A stretch of 63,632 nucleotides of DNA, the filler included, from Octopus bimaculoides (lineage: Eukaryota): assembly GCF_001194135.2 (NCBI RefSeq). It is 5 parts of 5 records of this genome, joined end to end, with 100 filler letters (N's around TTAATTAATTAA, not from the genome) between each part and the next. Parts side by side here need not be neighbours in the genome. Positions count along the whole stretch, not along the records: positions 48,269 to 53,468 come from NC_068982.1; positions 53,569 to 59,040 come from NC_069008.1; positions 59,141 to 63,632 come from NC_068984.1; 2 more parts are not named here. One strand, 5' to 3'. Positions 53,023-63,632 of this stretch are shown piece by piece. Each line of letters begins with the position of its first letter. Position 1 is the first letter of the stretch. Under the pieces are notes generated by a model. That model made no database searches, was not told the DNA's origin, and saw only the letters and a program-made list of their open reading frames with translations. The position numbers were made by a program, and so were the translations under genes.

Positions 53023-53056
<34 letters not shown>

Positions 53057-54095
53057 CATGAATGAATGTAAGTATGTATACATACATAAGTACTTAGGCA
53101 CTGTGTTGTATGTGCAAATGTATGTATAACCTATTTAACGTATACTTCATTTGGTGAAACCTGGATGTTGATAAACATTGCCATTTTGCGATAACTCCAA
53201 AGTATGGCTAGCAGAATAACATATCACCTTCAAAATAATCCTTATAGTTTAAGTGCCATATTTCATGTGATTATATCCTTTCGAAGCTAACGTGACACAA
53301 AATGAACAACCTTTATTTGAAGATATTAATATGATTCTTATTTTTAAAAAGTTCGAAGTAAAAATATATCAGGACATGCAAGCAGCTCATTATAGATATT
53401 TGACATAAAGATTTGACCCCAATATAATCCAACGGTCTTTCATAACATATCTTAAACGAAATATATATNNNNNNNNNNNNNNNNNNNNNNNNNNNNNNNN
53501 NNNNNNNNNNNNTTAATTAATTAANNNNNNNNNNNNNNNNNNNNNNNNNNNNNNNNNNNNNNNNNNNNATGTTTATGTATATATATATATATATGTGTGT
53601 ATATATATATCGAAAAAGAAGTTAAGGTAGAAAATGCTAAACTAGTTTTTATAAAAACCATTTCAGTACCGGTTTCGGTCATTGAGACTTTTTCAACTGT
53701 AAGAATGGAAAACAATTAAATTTTGGAAAAATTAAAATAAAAGTTTTTTTAAAAGAATATTTGCATAGTGTTCAAATACAAGGGGCGTTTTCCTTCTTTC
53801 TGCCTGTCTCTGTCTCTCTTGTTTACTCTTGTGGGATCGACTTCGAACACACAAAAGAACACTGTATGTTGTAGTCAAGGATATAGTGTATGCAAATACC
53901 GATGGGATGGTCATAACTGGAGTCGTGATGACAGTGATAATGATGATCATGATGATGATTATCATCATGAATATAATGATCATCCTCGTCATCATCACCG
54001 CTGTCGTCATCGTCATCATCATCATAATCGTCATCATCATCATCATCATCATTGTCGTCACCACATTCATCATCATCATCATCATCATCACTACT

Positions 54096-54126
<31 letters not shown>

Positions 54127-54140
54127 GCAGCAGCAACACC

Positions 54141-54172
<32 letters not shown>

Positions 54173-55863
54173 AAACTCGTCCCCCATCAGTGAACAAACA
54201 GTTTAAGGACAGACACGTTTTGAATGATGTTGGACCGTTGTTCTTCGATGGAGGTGTGTGTGTGTGTNNNNNNNNNNNNNNNNNNNNNNNNNNNNNNNNN
54301 NNNNNNNNNNNNNNNNNNNNNNNNNNNNNNNNNNNNNNNNNNNNNNNNNNNNNNNNNNNNNNNNNNNNNNNNNNNNNNNNNNNNNNNNNNNNNNNNNNNN
54401 NNNNNNNNNNNNNNNNNNNNNNNNNNNNNNNNNNNNNNNNNNNNNNNNNNNNNNNNNNNNNNNNNNNNNNNNNNNNNNNNNNNNNNNNNNNNNNNNNNNN
54501 NNNNNNNNNNNNNNNNNNNNNNNNNNNNNNNNNNNNNNNNNNNNNNNNNNNNNNNNNNNNNNNNNNNNNNNNNNNNNNNNNNNNNNNNNNNNNNNNNNNN
54601 NNNNNNNNNNNNNNNNNNNNNNNNNNNNNNNNNNNNNNNNNNNNNNNNNNNNNNNNNNNNNNNNNNNNNNNNNNNNNNNNNNNNNNNNNNNNNNNNNNNN
54701 NNNNNNNNNNNNNNNNNNNNNNNNNNNNNNNNNNNNNNNNNNNNNNNNNNNNNNNNNNNNNNNNNNNNNNNNNNNNNNNNNNNNNNNNNNNNNNNNNNNN
54801 NNNNNNNNNNNNNNNNNNNNNNNNNNNNNNNNNNNNNNNNNNNNNNNNNNNNNNNNNNNNNNNNNNNNNNNNNNNNNNNNNNNNNNNNNNNNNNNNNNNN
54901 NNNNNNNNNNNNNNNNNNNNNNNNNNNNNNNNNNNNNNNNNNNNNNNNNNNNNNNNNNNNNNNNNNNNNNNNNNNNNNNNNNNNNNNNNNNNNNNNNNNN
55001 NNNNNNNNNNNNNNNNNNNNNNNNNNNNNNNNNNNNNNNNNNNNNNNNNNNNNNNNNNNNNNNNNNNNNNNNNNNNNNNNNNNNNNNNNNNNNNNNNNNN
55101 NNNNNNNNNNNNNNNNNNNNNNNNNNNNNNNNNNNNNNNNNNNNNNNNNNNNNNNNNNNNNNNNNNNNNNNNNNNNNNNNNNNNNNNNNNNNNNNNNNNN
55201 NNNNNNNNNNNNNNNNNNNNNNNNNTATATATATGTGTATGTGTGTATCTACATGAATATGTATATATACGTATATAGGTATACACACAGACATGTATAT
55301 ATATATGTATATTTGGATTATGTATACTTATATATATATATATGTATGTATGTATATAAATGTATATATATGTTTGTATATAAATGTATATATATGTATG
55401 TATGTATATATATATGTATGCATGTATATATATGTATGTATATATATGCATATATATATATACATATATATATATGTATCTATGTATGTATGTATGTATG
55501 CGTAGTGCCTTCCTGGCTGAAATATTGATATATTAGTGTTGTATTATTTTCTTGTTAGTCTTGTTATTTTTTTCACACACGCCTATTTGCGTAGACTCCC
55601 GACTTGCAAATTATTGCTAATTTCAAAAGTGCGCATGCGTGCACTTATGTGCAGTTGTGTATTACCCTGCACGTGTGTGTGTGTGTATGTGTATACATAT
55701 ATGCGTGTGTGTGTGCGCGTGTACGTATACATATATGTCTGTATGTGTGTGTACGTGTATATCTATATACATGTCTACACACACATACACAGATACATAC
55801 ATAACTACGTTTAAGCATTCATATATATACCTTCTACATGTGTGTGAATTATAAATATACATA

Positions 55864-55902
<39 letters not shown>

Positions 55903-56045
55903 NNNNNNNNNNNNNNNNNNNNNNNNNNNNNNNNNNNNNNNNNNNNNNNNNNNNNNNNNNNNNNNNNNNNNNNNNNNNNNNNNNNNNNNNNNNNNNNNNN
56001 NNNNNNNNNNNNNNNNNNNNNNNNNNNNNNNNNNNNNNNNNNNNN

Positions 56046-56118
<73 letters not shown>

Positions 56119-56139
56119 TGTACAAATGTATACATATAT

Positions 56140-56470
56140 AAAAAGCAGCACTCGGTCGCTTACGACGTCGAGGGTTCCAGTTGATCTGATCAACGAAACA
56201 GCTTGCTCGTGAAATTAACGTGCAAGTGGTTGAGCACTCCACAGACACGTGTACCCTTAACGTAGTTCTCAGGGAGATTCAGCGTGACACAGGATGTAAC
56301 AAGGTCGGCCCTTTGAAATACAGGTACTACTCATTCTTACCAGATGAGTGGACCAGAGCAACGTGGAATAAAGTGTCTTGCTCAAGGGCACAACGCGTCG
56401 CCGGGAATTGAACTCACGACCTTACGATTGTGAACCGAATAATCTAATCACTGAGCCACGCGCCTTCACT
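56140..56470 (-). mobile_element. SINE A': family A 3' half with a different tRNA head
   Basis: From tacctgtatttcaaagggcc onward it matches family A. The 5' part (gtgaaggcgcgtggctcagtg...ttgagcaagacactttattcc) is unrelated to the family A head. Confidence 0.85.
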
Positions 56471-57344
56471 ATGTATGTATTAATCAATGAGTAATACAGG
56501 CACCGACATGTCTAGAAACACGCATGCGCGCGTGGATGCGAGTATGTATGTATGTATGTATGTACACATGTGCGTGTGTATGTGTATGTGTGTGTCTATT
56601 GGTGTATCCGTTTGTCATCCTCTGATAAAAAAAATAAATAAATGAAACTAAGAAAATTGGGTGTTATGTCAGAAAGGTATCTTAGCCACCCGATACCACG
56701 TAGATCGATAAAAGAAGTACCTGCCTGAAAGGAACAATCAATGCTTGGAGCCATTCAGAGAAGATAAGTCTAAAGAATCACGTGTTTCTGCACGCACATC
56801 CACACCCATACCCCCCCCACACATCCACACACCCCTCTGCCACATATATACACATAAACATACACACATACACATACATATACACATAGACTCACACATA
56901 CTCGCATAAACATACAGACACACACACACACACAGACATATTTACACATAAACATACACAAACATACGCACACATACACATACACACGTGCCTATTCATA
57001 TACCCACATGCGCGCACACATGCACACATAAACACACACACAAACATACACACACATATATGCACAACATACACACACACAAACTCACACATACTCACAC
57101 ACACACAAACATACACACACACATATAAACGCAGCATACACACAACATACACACACACACACACAGACTCACACATACAAACACATACATACATACACAA
57201 ACATACACACACATATACAATTGCACACACATATACAATTGCACACACATACGCACACACACACACACACAAGCGCACGCGCACACACACGCATACACAC
57301 ACGACACACGCGCACGCTATCTCACACATGTTCATAAACACACC

Positions 57345-57480
57345 CGTGGTTGGACATGACGTTCGCCCTTCATGCTTTTGGCCTTGACCAGATGAGCAGC
57401 TTTGCTCTTTGTGTGTCCGAGGTGACTTATTAGGCCAACACTGGCATAACGACCGCCAATACAATGAGGGAGCGCACTAA
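57345..57480 (-). mobile_element. RTE-clade LINE 3' end
   Basis: ALPHCIGGRYASVGLISHLGH resembles the recalled RTE C-terminal C2H2 motif CPHC...SRIGL.SH.RTH. Confidence 0.5.
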
Positions 57481-57528
57481 TAGAATAAGGAAACAGTGCA
57501 CATGTACCTGCGTGTGTATGCGTGGCTA

Positions 57529-57906
57529 TGTGGAGGCGCAATGACTCAGTGGTTAGGGCAGCGGACTTGCGGTCATAGGATCGCGGTTTCGATTCCCAGA
57601 CCGGGCGTTGTGAGTGTTTATTGAGCGAAAACACCTAAAGCTCCACAAGGCTCCGGCAGGGGATGGTGGCGAACCCTACTGTACTCTTTCACCACAACTT
57701 TCTCTCACTCTTACTTCCTGTTTCAGTTGTGCCTGTAATTCAAAGGGTCAGCCTTGTTACACTGTGTCACGCTGAATATCCCCGAGAACTACGTTAAGGG
57801 TACACGTGTCTGTGGAGTGCTCAGCCACCTGCACGTTAATTTCACGAGCAGGCTGTTCCGTTGATCGGAACCCTCGACGTCGTAAGCGACGGAGTGCCAA
57901 CAACAA
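57529..57906 (+). mobile_element. Full-length SINE family A
   Basis: Head to gagtgccaacaacaa tail. Confidence 0.9.
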
Positions 57907-58029
57907 ATATACGTGTGTGTGTATCAGTGTGTGTGGTGGGTGTGGGTGTGTGTATCAGTATGTGTGGTGGGTGTGTGGGAGATGTGTGTGTGTGTATGAC
58001 ATTGATCCTTCGTGTCTGAAGGACCAATG

Positions 58030-58560
58030 TCTTTGTATGATCACCTTAGAATATTTATTCTTTGTGGACCCTGAGGTGGTTTATTAGGCAATTGTGATCT
58101 GAAATCTATGGTTATATTGGGGGCACATAACAACAGAATCAAGGCTTGATGAGACCCCTGCTGTAGGTGCACTCTTCCTTTCTTTAGTTTCTCTATCTTT
58201 CCTGAGTTCGAGTACTGTACTTCAAAGTACACCGCACTGTGCCTCAGGCAGCAAAACGCCCCCAAGTGAACTGTTCTAAATTACACATTCCCCACACACT
58301 CGTAATTTTCGCCACCAAGGACCTTGACGATGAGCGCTGAAGAGATTGAGAAAAGCAAACAGGCTCCCATTCTACTACAGCCTATAACACATGCATCAGA
58401 GGATACGACTTCACAAGTTTGGACAACTACTGTGCTGATGACGCCGGCTGAAGGAGAAACACGCGCGCACATCTGTGTTCTTGTCCCATAGCAATCAGAC
58501 AGTCGTTTCTTCTGGAAAATTTCTTTATACTGGAGATTACCTCCGCTGCTCATTTGGAAT
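58030..58560 (-). mobile_element. Penelope-like RT fragment
   Basis: VVSSDA...; FCCLRHSAVYFEVQY...KLKKG resembles CL..TYF.F.GQYYEQ.EGL.MGSP. Confidence 0.45.
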
Positions 58561-58732
58561 TAGTACCTTTTACCACTAAACGGTTGTTCTACCATTTCTG
58601 CTTTTCCTGTGTCAGGTGATCTTTAAATATATCTAAAATTTATCTTGTATGATATTTCATATACTCTTACTTGTCATTCGAGTAACTACCCTTAGTTTGT
58701 GCATATATACACGCATACATATACACATATTA

Positions 58733-58964
58733 AGGCGGCGAGCTGGCAGAAACGTTAGCATGCCGGGCGAAATGCTTAGCGGTATTTCGTCTGCCGCTAC
58801 GTTCTGAGTTCAAATTCCGCCGAGGTCGACTTTGCCTTTCATCCTTTCGGGGTCGATTAAATAAGTACCATTTACGCACTGGGGTCGATGTAATCGACTT
58901 AATCCGTTTGTCTGTCCTTGTTTGTCCCCTCTGTGTGTAGCCCCATGTGGGTAGTAAAGAAATA
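58733..58964 (+). mobile_element. Full-length SINE family C (tail type 1)
   Basis: tRNA-like head with B box GAGTTCAAATTCC; central gcctttcatcctttcggggtcga..aaataagtacc block (recalled as Meta/MESC-like); tail ends ...taaagaaata. Confidence 0.9.
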
Positions 58965-59202
58965 GCATACATATACACATACGTACATACATACAAAGGG
59001 TGGTTTATTAGCGATTAGAACCTAAAGGCAAAATTAATAGNNNNNNNNNNNNNNNNNNNNNNNNNNNNNNNNNNNNNNNNNNNNTTAATTAATTAANNNN
59101 NNNNNNNNNNNNNNNNNNNNNNNNNNNNNNNNNNNNNNNNGCCCTCTTTACTAACGTGCTAATCCGGTCTCTGAAAACTGGTCTCGACGTGAATAGATAG
59201 AC

Positions 59203-59263
<61 letters not shown>

Positions 59264-59689
59264 TACATATACTTGTACATTCACACACATAATTTGTATA
59301 TAGTTGCAAATGCACCAAACCTTGTTATGAATCACAGATTTAAGTAGAAAATAAGATGAAAGTGGAAAAGTCAGGATAATAAAACCCTTATTTTATAAAA
59401 TATTTACATAAAAGTGGAGATCGTAGTTTTAAACTTAAAATGGCAGAAATGTTTCTTAAAATTCTCAAAGAGAAAATTTTATAGAATAAAATAAATTTCA
59501 TTTTTCATTTTTTTTTCTTTTTCTGCACAGAAATCATAACCATGATTTCAAAAAATAGTTATTTAGACATATTTTGTTTTACTAAACGGTTTTAGCTGTT
59601 TTCGAGCAAATAATGTTTATAATTACGTTATTAATTTATAAATTTTCTACCAAAGACTAAGATGATCCATTTGCTTTCCAGTTTTCTTT

Positions 59690-59995
59690 CAAAAAATATC
59701 TACATTCTTCTCCAAATATTTGTGAAGACTATTCATGGAACTGTAATTCGTGGAATCTCATTACATCGTTGGTATATATTGGGGCAGCTATGGTTCCAGT
59801 GGCTGTTCTCTTTTTTCGGCAGGCTGTTTCATTGTATCATCGAGACGATTTTGTATTTTATACGAAAATGAATCTATCCAATTTTGAAAGTATCGATTCC
59901 ATAAGTTTCTGCAATTGTCTGTTATGGGTAGGATATTGTGCATCTCAATATGTTGCATCAATCTATGCAATTTGCGACACATCAAATACATGCAT
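59690..59995 (-). mobile_element. Possible Penelope GIY-YIG 3' remnant
   Basis: ILPITDNCRNL...FSYKIQ is weakly similar to the recalled end of Penelope ORFs. Confidence 0.25.
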
Positions 59996-60096
59996 AAAGA
60001 AGGGGATGTCTCTCTAGATATACTGGCTTCTACCAGGCATGTTGTTCGTGCCCGCTGTATTTTGGCTATATATATCTACAGATCGGCATGCATACA

Positions 60097-60130
<34 letters not shown>

Positions 60131-60169
60131 CATACATACAGACAGACATATACACGCGCGCGCGCAGTT

Positions 60170-60302
60170 CGTCCCACAGAGACATGTAATATTCTGCGTT
60201 GATGATGCGATACTTAGGCAGGTATTTTATGAGGAGTATTCCATTTTCGTCCCAAATCATTGAAGCCAGAATTTTTCCAGCTGAACTCTGGGTCCGAACC
60301 TT
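60170..60302 (-). mobile_element. Mariner transposase fragment
   Basis: [42 protein letters not shown] matches the mariner SAGKVMASVFWD..GI..IDYL..G.TIN..YY motif. Confidence 0.85.
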
Positions 60303-60342
60303 CTAGGGACGCGATAAACTGCTGTGGTGCCTCTCCAATGAT

Positions 60343-60549
60343 TGCTGATCTGTAGATATATATAGCCAAAATACGCTAGAAATCGACCATCAACGGTCAA
60401 ACCACAAAAGAAAATAATGTTCTCCAGGGAAATTCTTTATTTTTTGTATATTTTCATTTGTCTTGTTGGTGTTCTGGTGTGCGCTGAATTACCCCGGAGA
60501 AAATTCTTTTCTTTTGTGGTTTGACCGTTGATGGTCGATTTCTAGCGTA
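60343..60549. repeat. Palindromic element with a split right arm
   Basis: 60372-60414 is the perfect 43-bp reverse complement of 60507-60549; 60343-60374 is the reverse complement of 60057-60088 (31/32). Confidence 0.9.
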
Positions 60550-60673
60550 AAGGATGTCCACTTGGTGGTCATCACTTCTCACATGTATGTAATATGATTT
60601 TTCTGAATTTTCTTTATGCTAGGCTACCGGTTTTACATTGGTGTTAATTAAATTAATATCCAATTTATCACCC

Positions 60674-60706
<33 letters not shown>

Positions 60707-60710
<4 letters not shown>

Positions 60711-60758
60711 CGGTGCTCCAGCATGGCCGCAGTCAAATGACTGAAACAAGTAAAAGAG
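60707..60758 (+). mobile_element. SINE family B tail-only copy inside (TA)n
   Basis: aaggcggtgctccagcatggccgcagtcaaatgactgaaacaagtaaaagag. Confidence 0.85.
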
Positions 60759-60792
<34 letters not shown>

Positions 60793-60925
60793 TGTATGTA
60801 TCGAAGAAAAAGAGATGAGAAAAGAATAAATAATTATCTTATGAACTTCATTAGCTTACCATTGTTTCCGCTATCAGATGCGATGAACTCATAGTTGAGT
60901 GCCTAAGCTTCATCAGAGTCTCGAA

Positions 60926-60970
<45 letters not shown>

Positions 60971-61631
60971 AGAGAAGGGGGAAAGAAAGAGAAATACAGA
61001 CAAATAGATATATATATGTATTTCTCATTCATACCTCATTAATCATCTTAATCTATATTCATCTCTCCTTTACACTATATCTTTTCTTTTTCTTTTACTC
61101 TATTTCGCTCTTTCTCTTTCCCTCATTCTCTTCCCTTCTCTCTCCGCCTGTCTCTTTCTCTTTCTCGTTCTTGCCATCTTAACTTACTTTTCCACCATCT
61201 TGCGCATTCTTACAATAACCTTTGGTCTAAATACGACTTCCCCCCGTCACACACGGTCTCGTCTTTCTTTCTCGCTTTCTTTCTTACTTTCTTCCTTTCC
61301 CCCTCTCTCTCTTTCTTTCTTTTTGCCCCCTCTTTCTTTCTTTTTGCCTCCCCCCCATTTTCTCACTTTCTTTTTTTGTACTCCCTCTCTCTCACTCCAT
61401 CTATCAATCTGCTCCCTACCATCTTGACCCTGTATCAATCTGCTCCCTACCATCTCACCCGCCGTATAACACATCAACTCTCTTCCCTCCATCCCACACC
61501 CAGCCTCTCCCTTCTCCTCCCCCTTCCCACTTCCCTCTTACTATCTCACGCATTCCTACTCCCATCGCTACCCTCAAATCCCCGACCGAACCAACCGACT
61601 AACCGGCCCACCAACCCATATTCCCTTTCTA

Positions 61632-61758
61632 CAGGGTGTCCACAAAGTCTGCGTACATGGGGATTAACACATACTTTAAGAAATTATTATTTCTTATATT
61701 TGATTGTTTATGTTATGATTTTATTTACTCCATGTACCCAGGCTCTGTGGACACCCTG
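61632..61758. mobile_element. Tc1/mariner-type MITE
   Basis: TA|CAGGGTGTCCACA...GTACATGG ... CCATGTAC...TGTGGACACCCTG|TA. Confidence 0.9.
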
Positions 61759-62204
61759 TATTTATTTACACAGTCGAAAAGGTTACTCCGTTTGCTTATA
61801 ACATTATTCTAGAATTGGTAATAAAAAGGGAGACGGTGAAGGAAGCTACTCAGCAAACAGTGGTTCGAGAAGTGAATATATATTCTAAACAGCCCTGTAG
61901 TGGTTTGAAACCATTTCTTTCTTTAATGATTAATATGTTTACATAACATTTGTAATGTTGTTTATTATTGTATACACTAATACACTTATAATGTTATGCG
62001 CGATTTACATTACTTATTATAAATAGATACATCCACGCCGACATTGCGTGTGTATGTGCGCGTGCAGTGTGTGCATGTGGTTTGTGTGTATGTGGAGTTT
62101 GTATATGTATGATGTGTGTGTATGTGTGTGTTTGTGTATGTGCATGTGTATATTTTTATATTTACATATATATATTCTTTTATTCTTTTATTCTTTCAGA
62201 TATA

Positions 62205-62557
62205 TATTCTTTTATTCGTTTAACATTTATTTGTTTCAGTCATTTGACTGCAACCATGCTGGAGCAGCACCTTAAAGTTTTTTTTTTTTTTAAATCGAAG
62301 AAATTGACCCTCTACTAGTCTGTTTTGCCGAACTGCTAATTTACGGGGACGTAAACATACCAGCATCGGTTTTCAAGCGATGGTGGTGGTAAGGAAACAC
62401 AGACACAAATACGAACACTCATAAATATATATACATACACACACACACAGATATATATATATATATATATATATATCCGATAGGCTTCTTTCAGTTTCCG
62501 CCTACCAAATCCACACTCAATGCTTTGGCCGTCCCGAAGCTATAGTAGAAGACACTT
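62205..62557 (-). mobile_element. 5'-truncated SINE family B
   Basis: Reverse complement is colinear with 42830-43145. Confidence 0.85.
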
Positions 62558-62844
62558 AAGTAAGCGCGTGTGAATGCATGCAGCGACCGATATGATGTTT
62601 TCCTGCTTCTCCATTCCTCCCTTTCGCCTTTTCCTTTTGTCTGGAATTTCTTCGGCTATCCGACGAAGAGTGTCACTCGAAACGTCATATTTTTACTTTT
62701 GATTTTCCATCTAGAACTTTCAACGAACGCCAAACTCATTTCTTCCCTGTGTACGCCATTTGACTTTTGTTTTTATTCTCAAATTGGACCTTCATCACCG
62801 ATTTGCCTACATACATGCGTACATACATAATACATACATACATA

Positions 62845-63190
62845 CATATAAAGAGGATATCTATGGACAACTGCTTCGAAACCTCCAGCTTCCATATCCA
62901 AACTATGAATTCATATTCATACTAATTATAATTGGAGCACTAGGTTTTGTTAGTAAAGGCTTAAAAGTGAATCTGGATCAACTGGGATTTTCAGAAAGAG
63001 AAACTGACCGGCTGATTTGTACATTACAAATGCAATCTGTGAGTGGAACAATAAAAATATGCAAGACTTTTCTCAAGTTCCAAATGTGAATTTGTTTGTG
63101 TTAGCGATATCCCAAAGATGGAGCCTTGTATCTTTGTTGGAAACCGGATCCCTCCTCAGTGGAAAATTAATAATAATTTAAAAAATAGAA
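62845..63190 (+). mobile_element. RLE-type LINE 3' end (second family) with probable 3' UTR
   Basis: KEDIYGQLLRNLQLPYPNYEFIFILIIIGALGFVSKGL...LQMQSVSGTIKICKTFLKF* has the K..Y..L and IIIGALG features of RLE C-termini. Confidence 0.7.
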
Positions 63191-63238
63191 AATGCATATA
63201 TTTATGTGTATGTTTGTTTGTGTGTGTGTGTGTGTGTG

Positions 63239-63620
63239 TGCATTTATGTGTCTTTATAGGGAAGATGAAGAAACTAGTTGGGGTTGAGTACGCTGGTATA
63301 GCATGTAGACCACTGAATACATATTTCAATGTATTTAGTTACATTCTTCTACGTCCGAGGCACTGAGTTCAAATTGCACTTGGATCGTCATTGTATCTCA
63401 TCTCCTTGTAGTCACGGGGAACTTATGGTCCGGGAGTTCCCTGAGACTATGGGCTAGATGAAATACAACGATGATCCAAGTGAGATTTGAACTCAGTGCC
63501 TGGGACGTAGAAGAATGTAACACAATACAGTGAAATATGTATTCAGTGATCCACTTTCTACACCAAAATACTCCACTCCAACTAGTTATTTTATACTCCC
63601 TATAGAAACTCATAAATGCA
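63239..63620. repeat. About 380-bp foldback inverted repeat with an 11-nt loop
   Basis: Arms align without gaps for 160 bp at 133/160 by manual count; loop 63424-63434. Confidence 0.9.
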
Positions 63621-63632
63621 TACCTATATATA

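Noticed and set aside
1-63632. CRISPR arrays, operons, rRNA genes or prokaryotic or viral systems
   Set aside because: No regularly spaced repeat-spacer arrays, dense coding regions or rRNA-like sequence; the window is eukaryotic repeat-rich DNA.

Overview
AT-rich, gene-poor animal genomic DNA with N gaps and very dense microsatellites. The SINE families, the TTAGGG motif and the repeat landscape point to an octopus or other coleoid cephalopod (inference). No complete protein-coding gene can be supported, and most ORFs in the supplied track are microsatellite or gap artefacts. The best host-gene evidence is a minus-strand promoter (two CCAAT boxes, GC box, TATA-like box, Inr) plus a first exon encoding a signal peptide at about 20.09-20.25 kb, with a plausible second exon at 13.7 kb. 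The rest is mostly transposable-element fossils: (i) three or four tRNA-derived SINE families with exchanged modules; (ii) several R4/Dong-like LINE remnants with a restriction-like endonuclease (RLE), and a second RLE family next to (TACA)n; (iii) Penelope, CR1, RTE, hAT, pogo and mariner fragments; (iv) several MITE or foldback hairpins. The most unusual structures are three insertions flanked by 63-160 bp direct repeats, two tRNA-like cassettes (one inside inverted repeats), two GG...CC MITEs with 8-bp target duplications carrying TTAGGG arrays, a 380-bp foldback with an 11-nt loop, and an apparently circularly permuted palindrome at 60.06-60.55 kb. All family assignments come from recalled motifs and by-eye alignments, not database searches, and remnant boundaries are approximate.
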